Notes: generated by a model not told the origin, from the letters alone. A DNA stretch of 64,000 bases from an uncultured Actinomycetota bacterium (GCA_963840505.1 CAWIZB010000018.1:73292-137291); one strand, 5' to 3'. Positions 28,886 through 37,702 are shown, counted from the first letter of the stretch. Program-made: numbers and translations.

Positions 28886-30193
28886 ATGCATCCGATCAGA
28901 CCCGTCCGTTCCCTTGCAGTCCTGACAACCGTGGTATTCGCCACCGCAGCGTGCAGTGGTGGAGATGCTGCGACTTCCGGTCCGTCCACGCAAGCCACCT
29001 CATCACCGGCATCGACTAAGCCGCCGACTCCCCAGCCGACTCCCCGGCCAACCAAGGAGACGTCAGCGCCGAAGCCCGACGCGAAGGAGCAGGCAAGGCT
29101 GAATCAGCAGCTGATCGCTGCCGCCTGGGACAACGACCTTCGCCGCGCCCGAGCCCTGATCGCCCAAGGCGCCGATGTGAATGCCAAGGACAGCACAGTG
29201 CAGAGCGCCTACCTCATCTCCACCAGCGAGGGTTACCTGGAGCTGCTGAACCTGACACTGAAGCACGGCGCAGACGTGGACTCCAAGGACTCCTTCAATG
29301 GCACCGGGCTGATCCGGGCGGCCGACCGCGGCCACGGCGACATCGCCGGCCGGCTCGTCCAGGCGGACGTCGAGATCGACCACATCAACAACCTGGGCTG
29401 GACCGCGCTGCACGAGGCGATCATTCTGGGCGATGGATCTGGGCGCTATGTGGACACCGTGCGGGTCCTGGTCGCCGCCGGCGCTGACCTACGACTGCGG
29501 TCCCAACGTGACCAGATCACCCCGATCGAGCACGCCACGTCCAAGGGCTACCGGGAGATCGCGCAGGTGCTAGGCGCCGCGCTGGAGGCGGACCGGCCTT
29601 CGAAACAGCAGGCCAACCGGCGCTTGCTCGCTGCCGCCGAGCGTGGTGACGCAACCGCCGCGGCACTCGCCATTCGGGCCGGCGCGAGTCTGGAAACTCG
29701 CGACGACAAGGGACGTACGCCACTGTTGCTAGCCGTCACCGAGGACCGGCTCGCGGTCGCCCGGTTGCTGGTCTATCTGGGCGCAGACCCTGATGCGCTG
29801 GACGACCAGCACGACACGCCTTGGCTGGTCACCGGGGTGACCGGCAGCGTCGACATGCTCGAGGTGCTGCTGCCTGCCGGGCCTGATCTGACGATCCGCA
29901 ACCGGTTCGGCGGTACATCGCTCATCCCGGCGAGCGAGCGCGGCCACCTTGCCTACGTGCGGCGCGCGGTACGCACTGACATCGAGGTCAACCACGTGAA
30001 CAACCTCGGCTGGACCGCGCTGCTGGAGGCGGTGATCCTCGGCGACGGGTCCCGGCGCTACCAGCAGATCGTGACCACACTTCTCGACGCCGGCGCCGAT
30101 CCTAAGATCACCGATCGAGAAGGCGTGACAGCTCTGCAGCATGCTGAGCGGCGCGGCCAGCGCGAGGTGGCGCGAATCCTGCGGAACGCCTAG
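28886..30193 (+). CDS. Ankyrin-repeat lipoprotein with two YahD-like modules
   Basis: Signal peptide with lipobox-like ATAAC; Pro/Thr linker; two copies of NNLGWTAL.EA.ILGDGS.RY. Confidence 0.85.
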   Translation: MHPIRPVRSLAVLTTVVFATAACSGGDAATSGPSTQATSSPASTKPPTPQPTPRPTKETSAPKPDAKEQARLNQQLIAAAWDNDLRRARALIAQGADVNAKDSTVQSAYLISTSEGYLELLNLTLKHGADVDSKDSFNGTGLIRAADRGHGDIAGRLVQADVEIDHINNLGWTALHEAIILGDGSGRYVDTVRVLVAAGADLRLRSQRDQITPIEHATSKGYREIAQVLGAALEADRPSKQQANRRLLAAAERGDATAAALAIRAGASLETRDDKGRTPLLLAVTEDRLAVARLLVYLGADPDALDDQHDTPWLVTGVTGSVDMLEVLLPAGPDLTIRNRFGGTSLIPASERGHLAYVRRAVRTDIEVNHVNNLGWTALLEAVILGDGSRRYQQIVTTLLDAGADPKITDREGVTALQHAERRGQREVARILRNA

Positions 30194-30195
30194 CT

Positions 30196-31044
30196 TCACA
30201 CAGCAGCAAGGGCCTGTTCCAAGGACGTGGCCGGATGACCAGTCACCTCAGGAATGTCCTCGCTCACCTCGGCCAGCTCGCCGACGGCGATCGCGGTGTA
30301 TGTGCTGACCCAGGCGTCGACTTGCCACGGCGGCGCGCCGTAGACGGCACGTGACGCGTATGCCTCCTCAATGGTCTCGGGGACATAAGAGACGGTTTGG
30401 CCGAGATGATCACTCAGGATGCCGGCGATCTCGTTCATGGTGAGAGCCGTGGGCCCGGTGAGGTTCAACGTCCGACCGTCGTACGCGCCATCGCTGGTCA
30501 GGACCGCAATCGCAACCTCAGCAATATCGGCCTGGGCCACGAGCGCAACCCGCCCGCCGCCCGCTGGTCCACGAATGTTCCCATCGGTGCCGAGGAAGTG
30601 CGGCGTGAAGTCGGCATAGATGTTGTCGCGCAAGATCGTATGGGCAACGCCGACCGAGCGCAGATGCTCCTCGGTTGCCCAGTGGTCGCGGGCCAGCGTA
30701 AAGCTGGCCGTTGGCGAGGCGCCGAAGAAGGACACGTACACGATGCGCTGTACGCCGGCGTCGACGGCCGCGTCAATGAAGGTGAGGTGTTGCTGGACGC
30801 GGTCGGCGGTCTCGGCGGCGGAGACCATGAACACGGTCTGGGCACCGGTCAACGCCGTTCGGACCGCGGCCCCGTCGGCATACTCGGCCGTCGCGATAAG
30901 TGTGCCGGATAAGGCAGGGGCCTTCGCTGGATCGCGGACCAAAAGTCGCTGCTCCACGCCAAGCCGGGAAAGTCCGCGGGCTACTCGCGAACCTAGCCGA
31001 CCAGTCGAGCCAGTCACAGCGAGCGCCGTCTGGGCAACGATCAT
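30196..31044 (-). CDS. NmrA-like/SDR NAD(P)H-binding oxidoreductase
   Basis: AVTGSTGRLG Rossmann motif; HWATEEHL; ILRDNIY. Confidence 0.9.
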   Translation of the reverse strand: MIVAQTALAVTGSTGRLGSRVARGLSRLGVEQRLLVRDPAKAPALSGTLIATAEYADGAAVRTALTGAQTVFMVSAAETADRVQQHLTFIDAAVDAGVQRIVYVSFFGASPTASFTLARDHWATEEHLRSVGVAHTILRDNIYADFTPHFLGTDGNIRGPAGGGRVALVAQADIAEVAIAVLTSDGAYDGRTLNLTGPTALTMNEIAGILSDHLGQTVSYVPETIEEAYASRAVYGAPPWQVDAWVSTYTAIAVGELAEVSEDIPEVTGHPATSLEQALAAV

Positions 31045-31241
31045 CAGAGTACGGCCGCTGCCAGGCGGTCAATTTGGTCGAGCGTGGCCACCGTCGGATC
31101 CAGCACCAGCAGCTCCCGTCGCAAGTGATCGAGTTTCTCGCCGAATCAGGCAAACATAGACTGCAAGGAGGCTTCGCAAGGGCCAACATGTCAGCGTCTC
31201 AGCCGGCTATGGCCCGCTGAGACGCTGACAAGCTGGAATCT

Positions 31242-31745
31242 TCAGCCTTGGGCGAGTAGGGCATCCAGCTTGTCGTAGCCTTCGTAGACCCCGACCTCCA
31301 TGCCGCTCGCCATGATCGCGTCTCGCCCCTCGAAGTTCTCCACTACCGAGAGACCGACCGTACGGGTCCGACCGTCTCCAAGGTCTTCGAACGTCATGGT
31401 CTCCAGGCTGACGCCATCGGGCATGCCTTCCCAGGTGAAGGTCTGGACCAGCCGCTCGTTTGGTCGCACCTCATGGAAGGACCCGTAGAAGGCGGCTACC
31501 TCCTCGCCAGCCTGCAACGCCGCATAGCGATAGTTGCCTCCGGTGCGAGCGTCCCACTGGTCGATCCTCATCTCGGTGCTCTTCGGGCCGAGCCACTGGG
31601 CGACCAGCTCCGGGTCGATCCAGGCCCTGAAGACCTTGTCGGGCGGCGCGTCGAAGTCACGAACGATGCGGATCGTAGGCAGGTTGGGGTCAGCCTCGAT
31701 CGTGGTCTCGCGCTTCGCGGCTTGCTCGGTGGCATTCGTGCTCAT
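31242..31745 (-). CDS. SRPBCC (AHSA1/START-like) protein
   Basis: RDFDAPPDKVFRAWIDPELVAQWLGP. Confidence 0.9.
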   Translation of the reverse strand: MSTNATEQAAKRETTIEADPNLPTIRIVRDFDAPPDKVFRAWIDPELVAQWLGPKSTEMRIDQWDARTGGNYRYAALQAGEEVAAFYGSFHEVRPNERLVQTFTWEGMPDGVSLETMTFEDLGDGRTRTVGLSVVENFEGRDAIMASGMEVGVYEGYDKLDALLAQG

Positions 31746-32101
31746 GATGCTGCTCCTTTGATGTTGGTGGTTTCACTTTCGTCGTCCATTGCGGCGAGTA
31801 CGGCGTCGAGTCGCCGGTATCGCTCCTCAGCCTGCCGGCGGTATCGCTCGATCCACGCGGTCATCAGGTCGAACACCTCAGCCTCGAGGTGCCGCGGGCG
31901 GCGCTGCGCATCCTGACTGCGGCTCACCAACCCGGCATCTTCCAGCACCTTGAGGTGTTTGGAGACGGCCTGGATCGAGACGTCGTACGGGGCGGCAAGT
32001 TGGCCCACCGTGGCATCCCCGACTGATAGCCGTGCCACGATGTCACGCCGAGTCGGATCGGCCAAGGCGGCGAAGACTCGAGAGAGTCGATCCTCGCTCA
32101 T
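31742..32101 (-). CDS. ArsR/SmtB-family regulator
   Basis: FAALADPTRRDIV..VSKHLKVLEDAGLV. Confidence 0.92.
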   Translation of the reverse strand: MSEDRLSRVFAALADPTRRDIVARLSVGDATVGQLAAPYDVSIQAVSKHLKVLEDAGLVSRSQDAQRRPRHLEAEVFDLMTAWIERYRRQAEERYRRLDAVLAAMDDESETTNIKGAAS

Positions 32102-32129
32102 GTCAGCCTCCTTGCCTTGCCTTGCAGCT

Positions 32130-32196
32130 ATTCAACCGATCGGTTGAATTAGAGCCTACGACAGGCTCTCCGGCGTTGTCAACCGATTGGTTGAAT
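32130..32196. promoter_or_regulatory. Two palindromic operators upstream of the ArsR gene
   Basis: Perfect 20-bp palindrome ATTCAACCGATCGGTTGAAT (32130-32149) and near-copy TCAACCGATTGGTTGA (32179-32194). Confidence 0.7.
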
Positions 32197-32280
32197 ACAC
32201 GAGCACCGTCCTGCTTCCTTGTCCCACTTCGGGCGCCAGGTGACCTCACGTTTTGCCCCGTGCCATCGTCTACAGGGGTG

Positions 32281-32790
32281 ATGAGGACGAAGCGGCCGTT
32301 TGAAGAGATCGTGGCAGAGCATGGACCGACCGTGCTCCGAGTGTGCCGTGCCGTGTTGGCGCGGCCGGATGCTGACGATGCGTGGTCAGAGACCTTTCTT
32401 GCTGCCCTGCGCGCTTATCCAGACCTCGCTGACGGCGCCAATATTGAGGCTTGGCTGGTCACTATCGCCCATCACAAGGCAATTGACGTACTCCGGGCCC
32501 AGAGCCGCCGAGCGACGCCGGTTGCCGTGGTCGCAGAGACCGGGTCCGCCTCCAGTAGCTGGGAACCGGTTGACGACGACCTGTGGGCCGCGCTCCGTGC
32601 CCTCCCGATCAAGCAGCGACAAGCAGTCGCCTACCACCATGTGGCCGGCCTGCCGTACGCGGAGGTCGCCGCGCTCGTTGGCGGGTCGACCGACGCCGCC
32701 CGGCGGGCCGCCCTTGACGGCATCCGGTCTCTCCGCCACCGCTACCTCGAGTCCCCAACAATCACATCGCAGAAGGAATCCCGCTCGTGA
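32281..32790 (+). CDS. ECF RNA polymerase sigma factor
   Basis: DADDAWSETFLAA, AWLVTIAHHKAID, LRALPIKQRQAV..YAEVA. Confidence 0.9.
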   Translation: MRTKRPFEEIVAEHGPTVLRVCRAVLARPDADDAWSETFLAALRAYPDLADGANIEAWLVTIAHHKAIDVLRAQSRRATPVAVVAETGSASSSWEPVDDDLWAALRALPIKQRQAVAYHHVAGLPYAEVAALVGGSTDAARRAALDGIRSLRHRYLESPTITSQKESRS

Positions 32791-33422
32791 TCAACTCCAG
32801 TGACCCTGTACTCGCCGCGATCAATGCCGAGGATGTGCAGGCGATGACCCGCCTCCATGATCAACTTGTGGCGGCCGCCGAAGCCGACCGGCTGCTTGAT
32901 GTCGCGTACCGGACGGTGGATTCGCCCGTCGGCACCCTGCTCCTGGCGGCGACGGACCAAGGCCTGGTCCGGGTCGCGTACCAGCGTGAAGACCATGATC
33001 ATGTGCTGCAGGGGCTTTCGGAGCAGGTCAGCCCGCGCATCCTGCGGGCTCCGCGTCGACTCGATCAGGTGGCTCGTCAACTCGCGGAGTACTTCGCCGG
33101 GGACCGCCGAGATTTCGTACTGCCGTTGGACTTCCGGCTGGCCCACGGGTTCCGGCGCGCCGTGCTCGGGCACCTGGTGTTGATCAACTACGGGCACACC
33201 GAGAGCTACACCGAGGTTGCCGCAGCCACCGGGCGGGCACGCGCCGTGAGGGCAGTCGGCACTGCTTGTGCTAACAACCCGATACCAGTCGTCGTGCCGT
33301 GCCATCGGGTGCTGCGCAGCGACGGGACGCTCGGCGGTTACATCGGCGGGCTGGAGGCCAAGGCGACTCTGCTGTCGCTTGAGGCCGGCAGACCAATCGA
33401 CCGAGATACATTGTCGCGCTAA
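32787..33422 (+). CDS. ogt: Methylated-DNA--protein-cysteine methyltransferase
   Basis: RAVGTACANNPIPVVVPCHRV active-site motif. Confidence 0.95.
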   Translation: MINSSDPVLAAINAEDVQAMTRLHDQLVAAAEADRLLDVAYRTVDSPVGTLLLAATDQGLVRVAYQREDHDHVLQGLSEQVSPRILRAPRRLDQVARQLAEYFAGDRRDFVLPLDFRLAHGFRRAVLGHLVLINYGHTESYTEVAAATGRARAVRAVGTACANNPIPVVVPCHRVLRSDGTLGGYIGGLEAKATLLSLEAGRPIDRDTLSR

Positions 33423-33480
33423 GCGCCTGGCTCCCGTGCGCTACCGGCGCTAGGGTCTGATCGAGCACTGGAGTGAGGCG

Positions 33481-33990
33481 ATGGCGGAGAATCAGGCAGC
33501 GCGCCGGATCCTGGTCGGGGTGACCTATGGCCAGCCGGACATAGTGCTGCGCCAGGCCGCTCGCTTCGCCCGTACCTTTGACGCCGCGCTCGTGTGCGCG
33601 CACGTCGATCCAGGGCGCTATGTGGTGGAAGAGCTGCCCGACGGCACCGTTGCCTCGCTCCCGCTCGATCCGGACCTCCCTGAACTAAAGGACACAGACT
33701 TCGATCAAGGACTGGTGGCCCAGGTCCGCGCAGCGGTGGCCGATGACACCATTGACTTGTCGTTTCGAGAGCTGGCAGGCGACGTCGCGTATGCGCTCAC
33801 CCGGCTGGCCGACATCCTGAATGTCGAGATGATCATCGTCGGCAGCCGCCGCGGTGGCGTACGGGCTGGGCTCAAACAGTTCCTCACTGGCTCGGTCGCC
33901 GCCCACCTGGCCCATCGTCAGCCTCGGCCGGTGGTGGTCATTCCGGTAGCTCCGGTCGCCGAAGGCAAGCCATTGCCTTGGGAGGAGTAA
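33481..33990 (+). CDS. Universal stress protein (single domain)
   Basis: ILVGV; IIVGSRRGG..GSVAAHLAHRQPRPVVVIP. Confidence 0.85.
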   Translation: MAENQAARRILVGVTYGQPDIVLRQAARFARTFDAALVCAHVDPGRYVVEELPDGTVASLPLDPDLPELKDTDFDQGLVAQVRAAVADDTIDLSFRELAGDVAYALTRLADILNVEMIIVGSRRGGVRAGLKQFLTGSVAAHLAHRQPRPVVVIPVAPVAEGKPLPWEE

Positions 33991-34289
33991 GCAACATAGC
34001 CACGATCACCGGCGAACCACGGGCCAGGCCGTCGATCATCGGCTACGTGCTGGGCGGCCTCGCCCTCGCCGGGCTGCTCGCCATGTCGATCTGGTTTTTC
34101 GCCACCGGACTGATGGCTCCTTTGTGGGCAGTCATCGGCTTCATTGCGATCTGGGTGGTCTTGGTTGTGTTGGGCTGTCTTTGGATCCGCCGACACCCGT
34201 GGCGCGTGGTGCTGCTGCCTGTGATCGCCGCCGCCATCCTGTTCAGCGGCATGCGCGCCGGTACGACGCTGCTCGGCTGGACGCCCTGA
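33978..34289 (+). CDS. Small membrane protein, 3 TM (start uncertain)
   Basis: Three hydrophobic segments. Confidence 0.6.
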   Translation: MGGVSNIATITGEPRARPSIIGYVLGGLALAGLLAMSIWFFATGLMAPLWAVIGFIAIWVVLVVLGCLWIRRHPWRVVLLPVIAAAILFSGMRAGTTLLGWTP

Positions 34290-34397
34290 CCTCGAAATAC
34301 AGATTTCGCCAACGACCCAGGTGCCAGTGTCTGCGGCCCTAGTGTTTACGTCGGCAGCTTGCCGGGTACCTCAAAGGCTGGAGAGGAGGTCCTGCCC

Positions 34398-34478
34398 ATG
34401 AACCGGGGAATTATCGGAACCATTATCGGTGTCCTTGTCATCATCATTTTGGTGATAGTGATTCTTCAGCTCACCTGA
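34398..34478 (+). CDS. 26-aa single-TM small protein MNRGIIGTIIGVLVIIILVIVILQLT
   Basis: Strong RBS (GAGAGGAGG) 8 nt upstream, ATG to TGA, fully hydrophobic core, downstream GC hairpin; below the ORF-track cutoff. Confidence 0.7.
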   Translation: MNRGIIGTIIGVLVIIILVIVILQLT

Positions 34479-34569
34479 CCGCAGAACCCCGGGTCGGCGA
34501 GGCGCGCAAGTGGCTGCCCGCCCGGGCCCGCCCTTCCCAATTCTCGTACGCACCCCGACGTCGCGGCAG

Positions 34570-35520
34570 CTAAGCCTGTGCTTCGCGGCGCTCGGGGTGT
34601 TGTGCGGCTAGGTACTGGTAGGTCGACGTCAGATCCTGACTGCTCAGGCCGGCTCGATCCAACAGCTGAAAGAGTTCCTGCACGTTTGCCAGCAGCCGCG
34701 CCGAAGTACCTGTTCGCCAGGCTTGTTGAGCCGCGACTTCGAGCGGCGCCAGTGAAGCCCCAGCGGGTAGATCGGGTTGGAAGTCCCGATTGAGCAGTTT
34801 GGCTCGGGCCGATCCAAGCACCTGGCTGCCCGCGGGCGATAGCTCCCAGCTGTGCAGAACCCGGGATAGGTCGAGGCCGGCACGTTCGGCGATGACAGCC
34901 GCCTCGCTGAGCGCCATGGCGGTAGCCGCGATGATGTACTGCTCGCAAGCGTTGGCAATCTGGGCGCTGCCCACACCACCGACGCGTACGCAGGTTCCGA
35001 GCAACTCCAGTACGGGCAACGCGTCCCGGTAAAGGCCTGGCGTGGCGCCGATCACGATGGACAGGTCGCCTCGGGCGGCCGTTACGTGGGTTCCGCTCAG
35101 CGGAGCGTCGACCACCCGGAGCAGACCAGCGGTCTTATCGGCCAGTTCACCGGCCAGATTGCGTAGGTCATCTGGAGTGGAGATCGCTCCCATCACAAGG
35201 ATCGTGGGACTGTGGACGCCAGCCTGCAGCCCGCTCGAACCGCTGAGATCGCCCTCGAGATCCTCCAATTTCTCAAGCAGCACGAGGACGTATTCGCTGC
35301 GCGCAGCGAGATCGGCAGGACTCGCAGCGCGGTGGGCGCCCAGCTGCTGAAGCTCAGCGAGCAGGTCAGGGTTCCGACCGTACGTCGAAATGTGCGTCGC
35401 TGCCGGCAGCGCGCGCAACAGCCGCTGCAGGACCGGCTCGGCCAGGAATCCGTGCCCAAGCACCCCGACTGAGCGCGGATAGATTGGGTCGCGCGCTCTC
35501 CCCGTCGGCACGCTTGTCAC
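34570..35520 (-). CDS. Beta-hydroxyacid dehydrogenase (GarR/MmsB-like) homolog with degenerate motifs
   Basis: DAPLSG, LSIVIG, ALSEA..AERAGLD fold markers; Rossmann and catalytic motifs altered. Confidence 0.75.
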   Translation of the reverse strand: MTSVPTGRARDPIYPRSVGVLGHGFLAEPVLQRLLRALPAATHISTYGRNPDLLAELQQLGAHRAASPADLAARSEYVLVLLEKLEDLEGDLSGSSGLQAGVHSPTILVMGAISTPDDLRNLAGELADKTAGLLRVVDAPLSGTHVTAARGDLSIVIGATPGLYRDALPVLELLGTCVRVGGVGSAQIANACEQYIIAATAMALSEAAVIAERAGLDLSRVLHSWELSPAGSQVLGSARAKLLNRDFQPDLPAGASLAPLEVAAQQAWRTGTSARLLANVQELFQLLDRAGLSSQDLTSTYQYLAAQHPERREAQA

Positions 35521-35627
35521 TCTATCGAAGGCGCATAGAGACTCTCCCGATGCGCAAGGTGGTCTGATCACGGGACCGCAACGATGTTGCGCATCCTGTG
35601 CGCTTCAATCGCTGCCGAAATGCCGAG

Positions 35628-37028
35628 CTAGTTGGCGCCGCGGTTCAGCACGACCTGGACAAGCCGGCGCAACTCGGGCGTGAGGTCCTGCTCTGGCACC
35701 GTGAAGCGCCAGTCGCCATATTCAACGGTGTAGACAAACCGATCTGGAGCCGGCCGTGTGGCCGTAATTGGCTGCAGGCCGACACTCATCAGTAGGTGCC
35801 GGACCTCCGGCCCTTCCGGATCAGAGTTGAGATCCAATTGCCCGATCTTGGTGGTGCCGGCAAAGCCTCCGCTGCGACACACCGCGACGGTCGCGGGCTC
35901 GTCGGGGCCCGCCGGCGAGGAGCCGGTCGGGGGCTCGGATGAACCAGCGGACTCGGTGATGCCAGCGCGTGCGTCCTGAGCCACCGCGAGATCAACACCC
36001 GCAGCGAGCAGGCCGACCTCGACCCACGCGGCCCAAACTTTCTCCGCGACCGACGGGTCGTTCATGAAAAGGCGACGTGCTGAGGTGACCGTAGCCTGTG
36101 CGAACGACTCAAAGCCGGCTTGCGCACTCAGTTGACCATTGACCAGCGTGTCATACCAAACCTGGCCAGCCTTCTCCCAGCTGTGCCCACCAATCTCCAG
36201 CGCTGCCAGGGCGAAGGCCCGGTTGGGAATTCCTGAGTTGATATGGACACCGCCGTTGTCCGTATCGGTTACGACATAGTCCGACATTGAGCCCACCTGC
36301 AAATCCCTGCCGATTTGGGGGTCGTCGTACGCCGTTCCGGGTTCTCGCATTGATCGGAGCGCTCTGGCGTTGATCCCCGGCATGAAAAGTCCCTCCCCGA
36401 TGAGCCAGTCAGCCTGGGCCGCAGTCTGGCCGAGCACGTGCTGTTTGGCTATCGAGGCAAAAACGTCGCTAATGCTCTCGTTCAGGGCGCCTGGCTGGTC
36501 TTGATAAGCCAATCCGACCGTGAACTGGGTGACACCATGCGTGTACTCATGCGCCATCACATCCATTGGCTTGGTGAAGCGGTCGAAGATCTGCCCATCT
36601 CCATCGCCAAAGACCAGCTGAGTTCCGTCCCAGAATGCGTTGTCGTAATCACGCCCGTAGTGGACGGTGATGGAGACCGTGCCGCCACCTCCGTCAATCG
36701 ACTGCCGGCCGAACTGGCTGTCGAACATATCCCAGACTTGACCGGATGACTCGAACGCCTCGTCAACCGCTGGATCACCGACCGGGGGGTCGCCGTTGCT
36801 CCGGGCAACCTCCCCGGGCAGCAACTCCGTGTTGTTGGCAGTGTGCACCACCCGCTTCTTGGTGCCAGGCAGGCGTGGAGCAGCCATCTGATCCGCTGGC
36901 GACTCCCGTCGGGCCCGCAGACGGTCATCGACCTGCAGTGTTTCCCTGCCGGATGCGGACGCCTGACGAGTACCGCCCCACAGGGCGACGCGCTGCAGCA
37001 GGTAGGGCGGAACAAAGGTGCAGCACAT
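35628..37028 (-). CDS. Protealysin-like M4 metalloprotease fused to a C-terminal emfourin-like inhibitor domain
   Basis: Propeptide FVPPYLL, HEYTH, GALNESISD, DNGGVHINSGIPN; Pro/Ser linker; then RSGGFAG...PDRFVY.V. Confidence 0.88.
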   Translation of the reverse strand: MCCTFVPPYLLQRVALWGGTRQASASGRETLQVDDRLRARRESPADQMAAPRLPGTKKRVVHTANNTELLPGEVARSNGDPPVGDPAVDEAFESSGQVWDMFDSQFGRQSIDGGGGTVSITVHYGRDYDNAFWDGTQLVFGDGDGQIFDRFTKPMDVMAHEYTHGVTQFTVGLAYQDQPGALNESISDVFASIAKQHVLGQTAAQADWLIGEGLFMPGINARALRSMREPGTAYDDPQIGRDLQVGSMSDYVVTDTDNGGVHINSGIPNRAFALAALEIGGHSWEKAGQVWYDTLVNGQLSAQAGFESFAQATVTSARRLFMNDPSVAEKVWAAWVEVGLLAAGVDLAVAQDARAGITESAGSSEPPTGSSPAGPDEPATVAVCRSGGFAGTTKIGQLDLNSDPEGPEVRHLLMSVGLQPITATRPAPDRFVYTVEYGDWRFTVPEQDLTPELRRLVQVVLNRGAN

Positions 37029-37419
37029 GACGCCCTCCTCAACATGGTCTCCGACAAGATGGCACAAAAATGCAGCGCACTTAGGTCACCTGATGGTTTG
37101 ATGAATTCGTTGCGACCGCCTGCAGCATGCTCACAGGCAGGTTACATTCGGTTTTGCGACCATCGGGGGAGAATTTTTGAGCAGGGTTCTTGACGGCATG
37201 CCCCCGCACGTTTCAGGCTGACTTCGGAATGGGTCACCTCGCGCGTGCGACGGCTACCTGTTCTGTGGGTTCGATTGACGGCGCACAATCGGTGACGGCC
37301 ACCATCCGATGGGGCCGATTCTGTGGCCAACTGGGGCCATGGACCGAGGGCGTGCGTGCCTGAGTCGCACTCACTGGCGACGCGTTGGAAAGTGCGCGAA
37401 GCACCTAACGCGATTTTGG

Positions 37420-37442
37420 CATGTCCACTTTAGGACATGTCC
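37420..37442. promoter_or_regulatory. Palindromic operator CATGTCC-ACTTTA-GGACATG(TCC)
   Basis: Perfect 7-bp inverted repeat plus an overlapping GGACATGTCC palindrome, ~20 bp upstream of a predicted -35. Confidence 0.55.
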
Positions 37443-37463
37443 GCTTCCTGCTGCCCTTTTCGC

Positions 37464-37492
37464 GTGACTTCGACATAGGCCATGCATAGCGT
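37464..37492 (+). promoter_or_regulatory. Predicted sigma-70 promoter of the repeat-peptide gene
   Basis: GTGACT-N17-TAGCGT. Confidence 0.4.
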
Positions 37493-37565
37493 CCATCTTG
37501 ACAAGCTCAGGTTCTCGCCCGGCCGGCTGCGCCGGCACGGCGGGACGTCAAGAAGGGAAACTCAA

Positions 37566-37702
37566 ATGCAGAGCATCAATCGTGGACATAGCCTTCGCGG
37601 ACATAGCCTTCGGGGACACAGTCTTCGGGGCACAGTCTTCGCGGACACAGTCTTCGGGGGCACAGTCTTCGCGGACATAGCCTTCGGGGGCACAGCCTCT
37701 AA
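37566..37702 (+). CDS. Small repeat peptide MQSINR(GHSLR)x7-GHSL (45 aa after restoring one G at 37627-37630)
   Basis: RBS aaggga, ATG 37566, eight 15-nt units varying only at synonymous positions in this frame, in-frame TAA at 37700. Confidence 0.75.
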
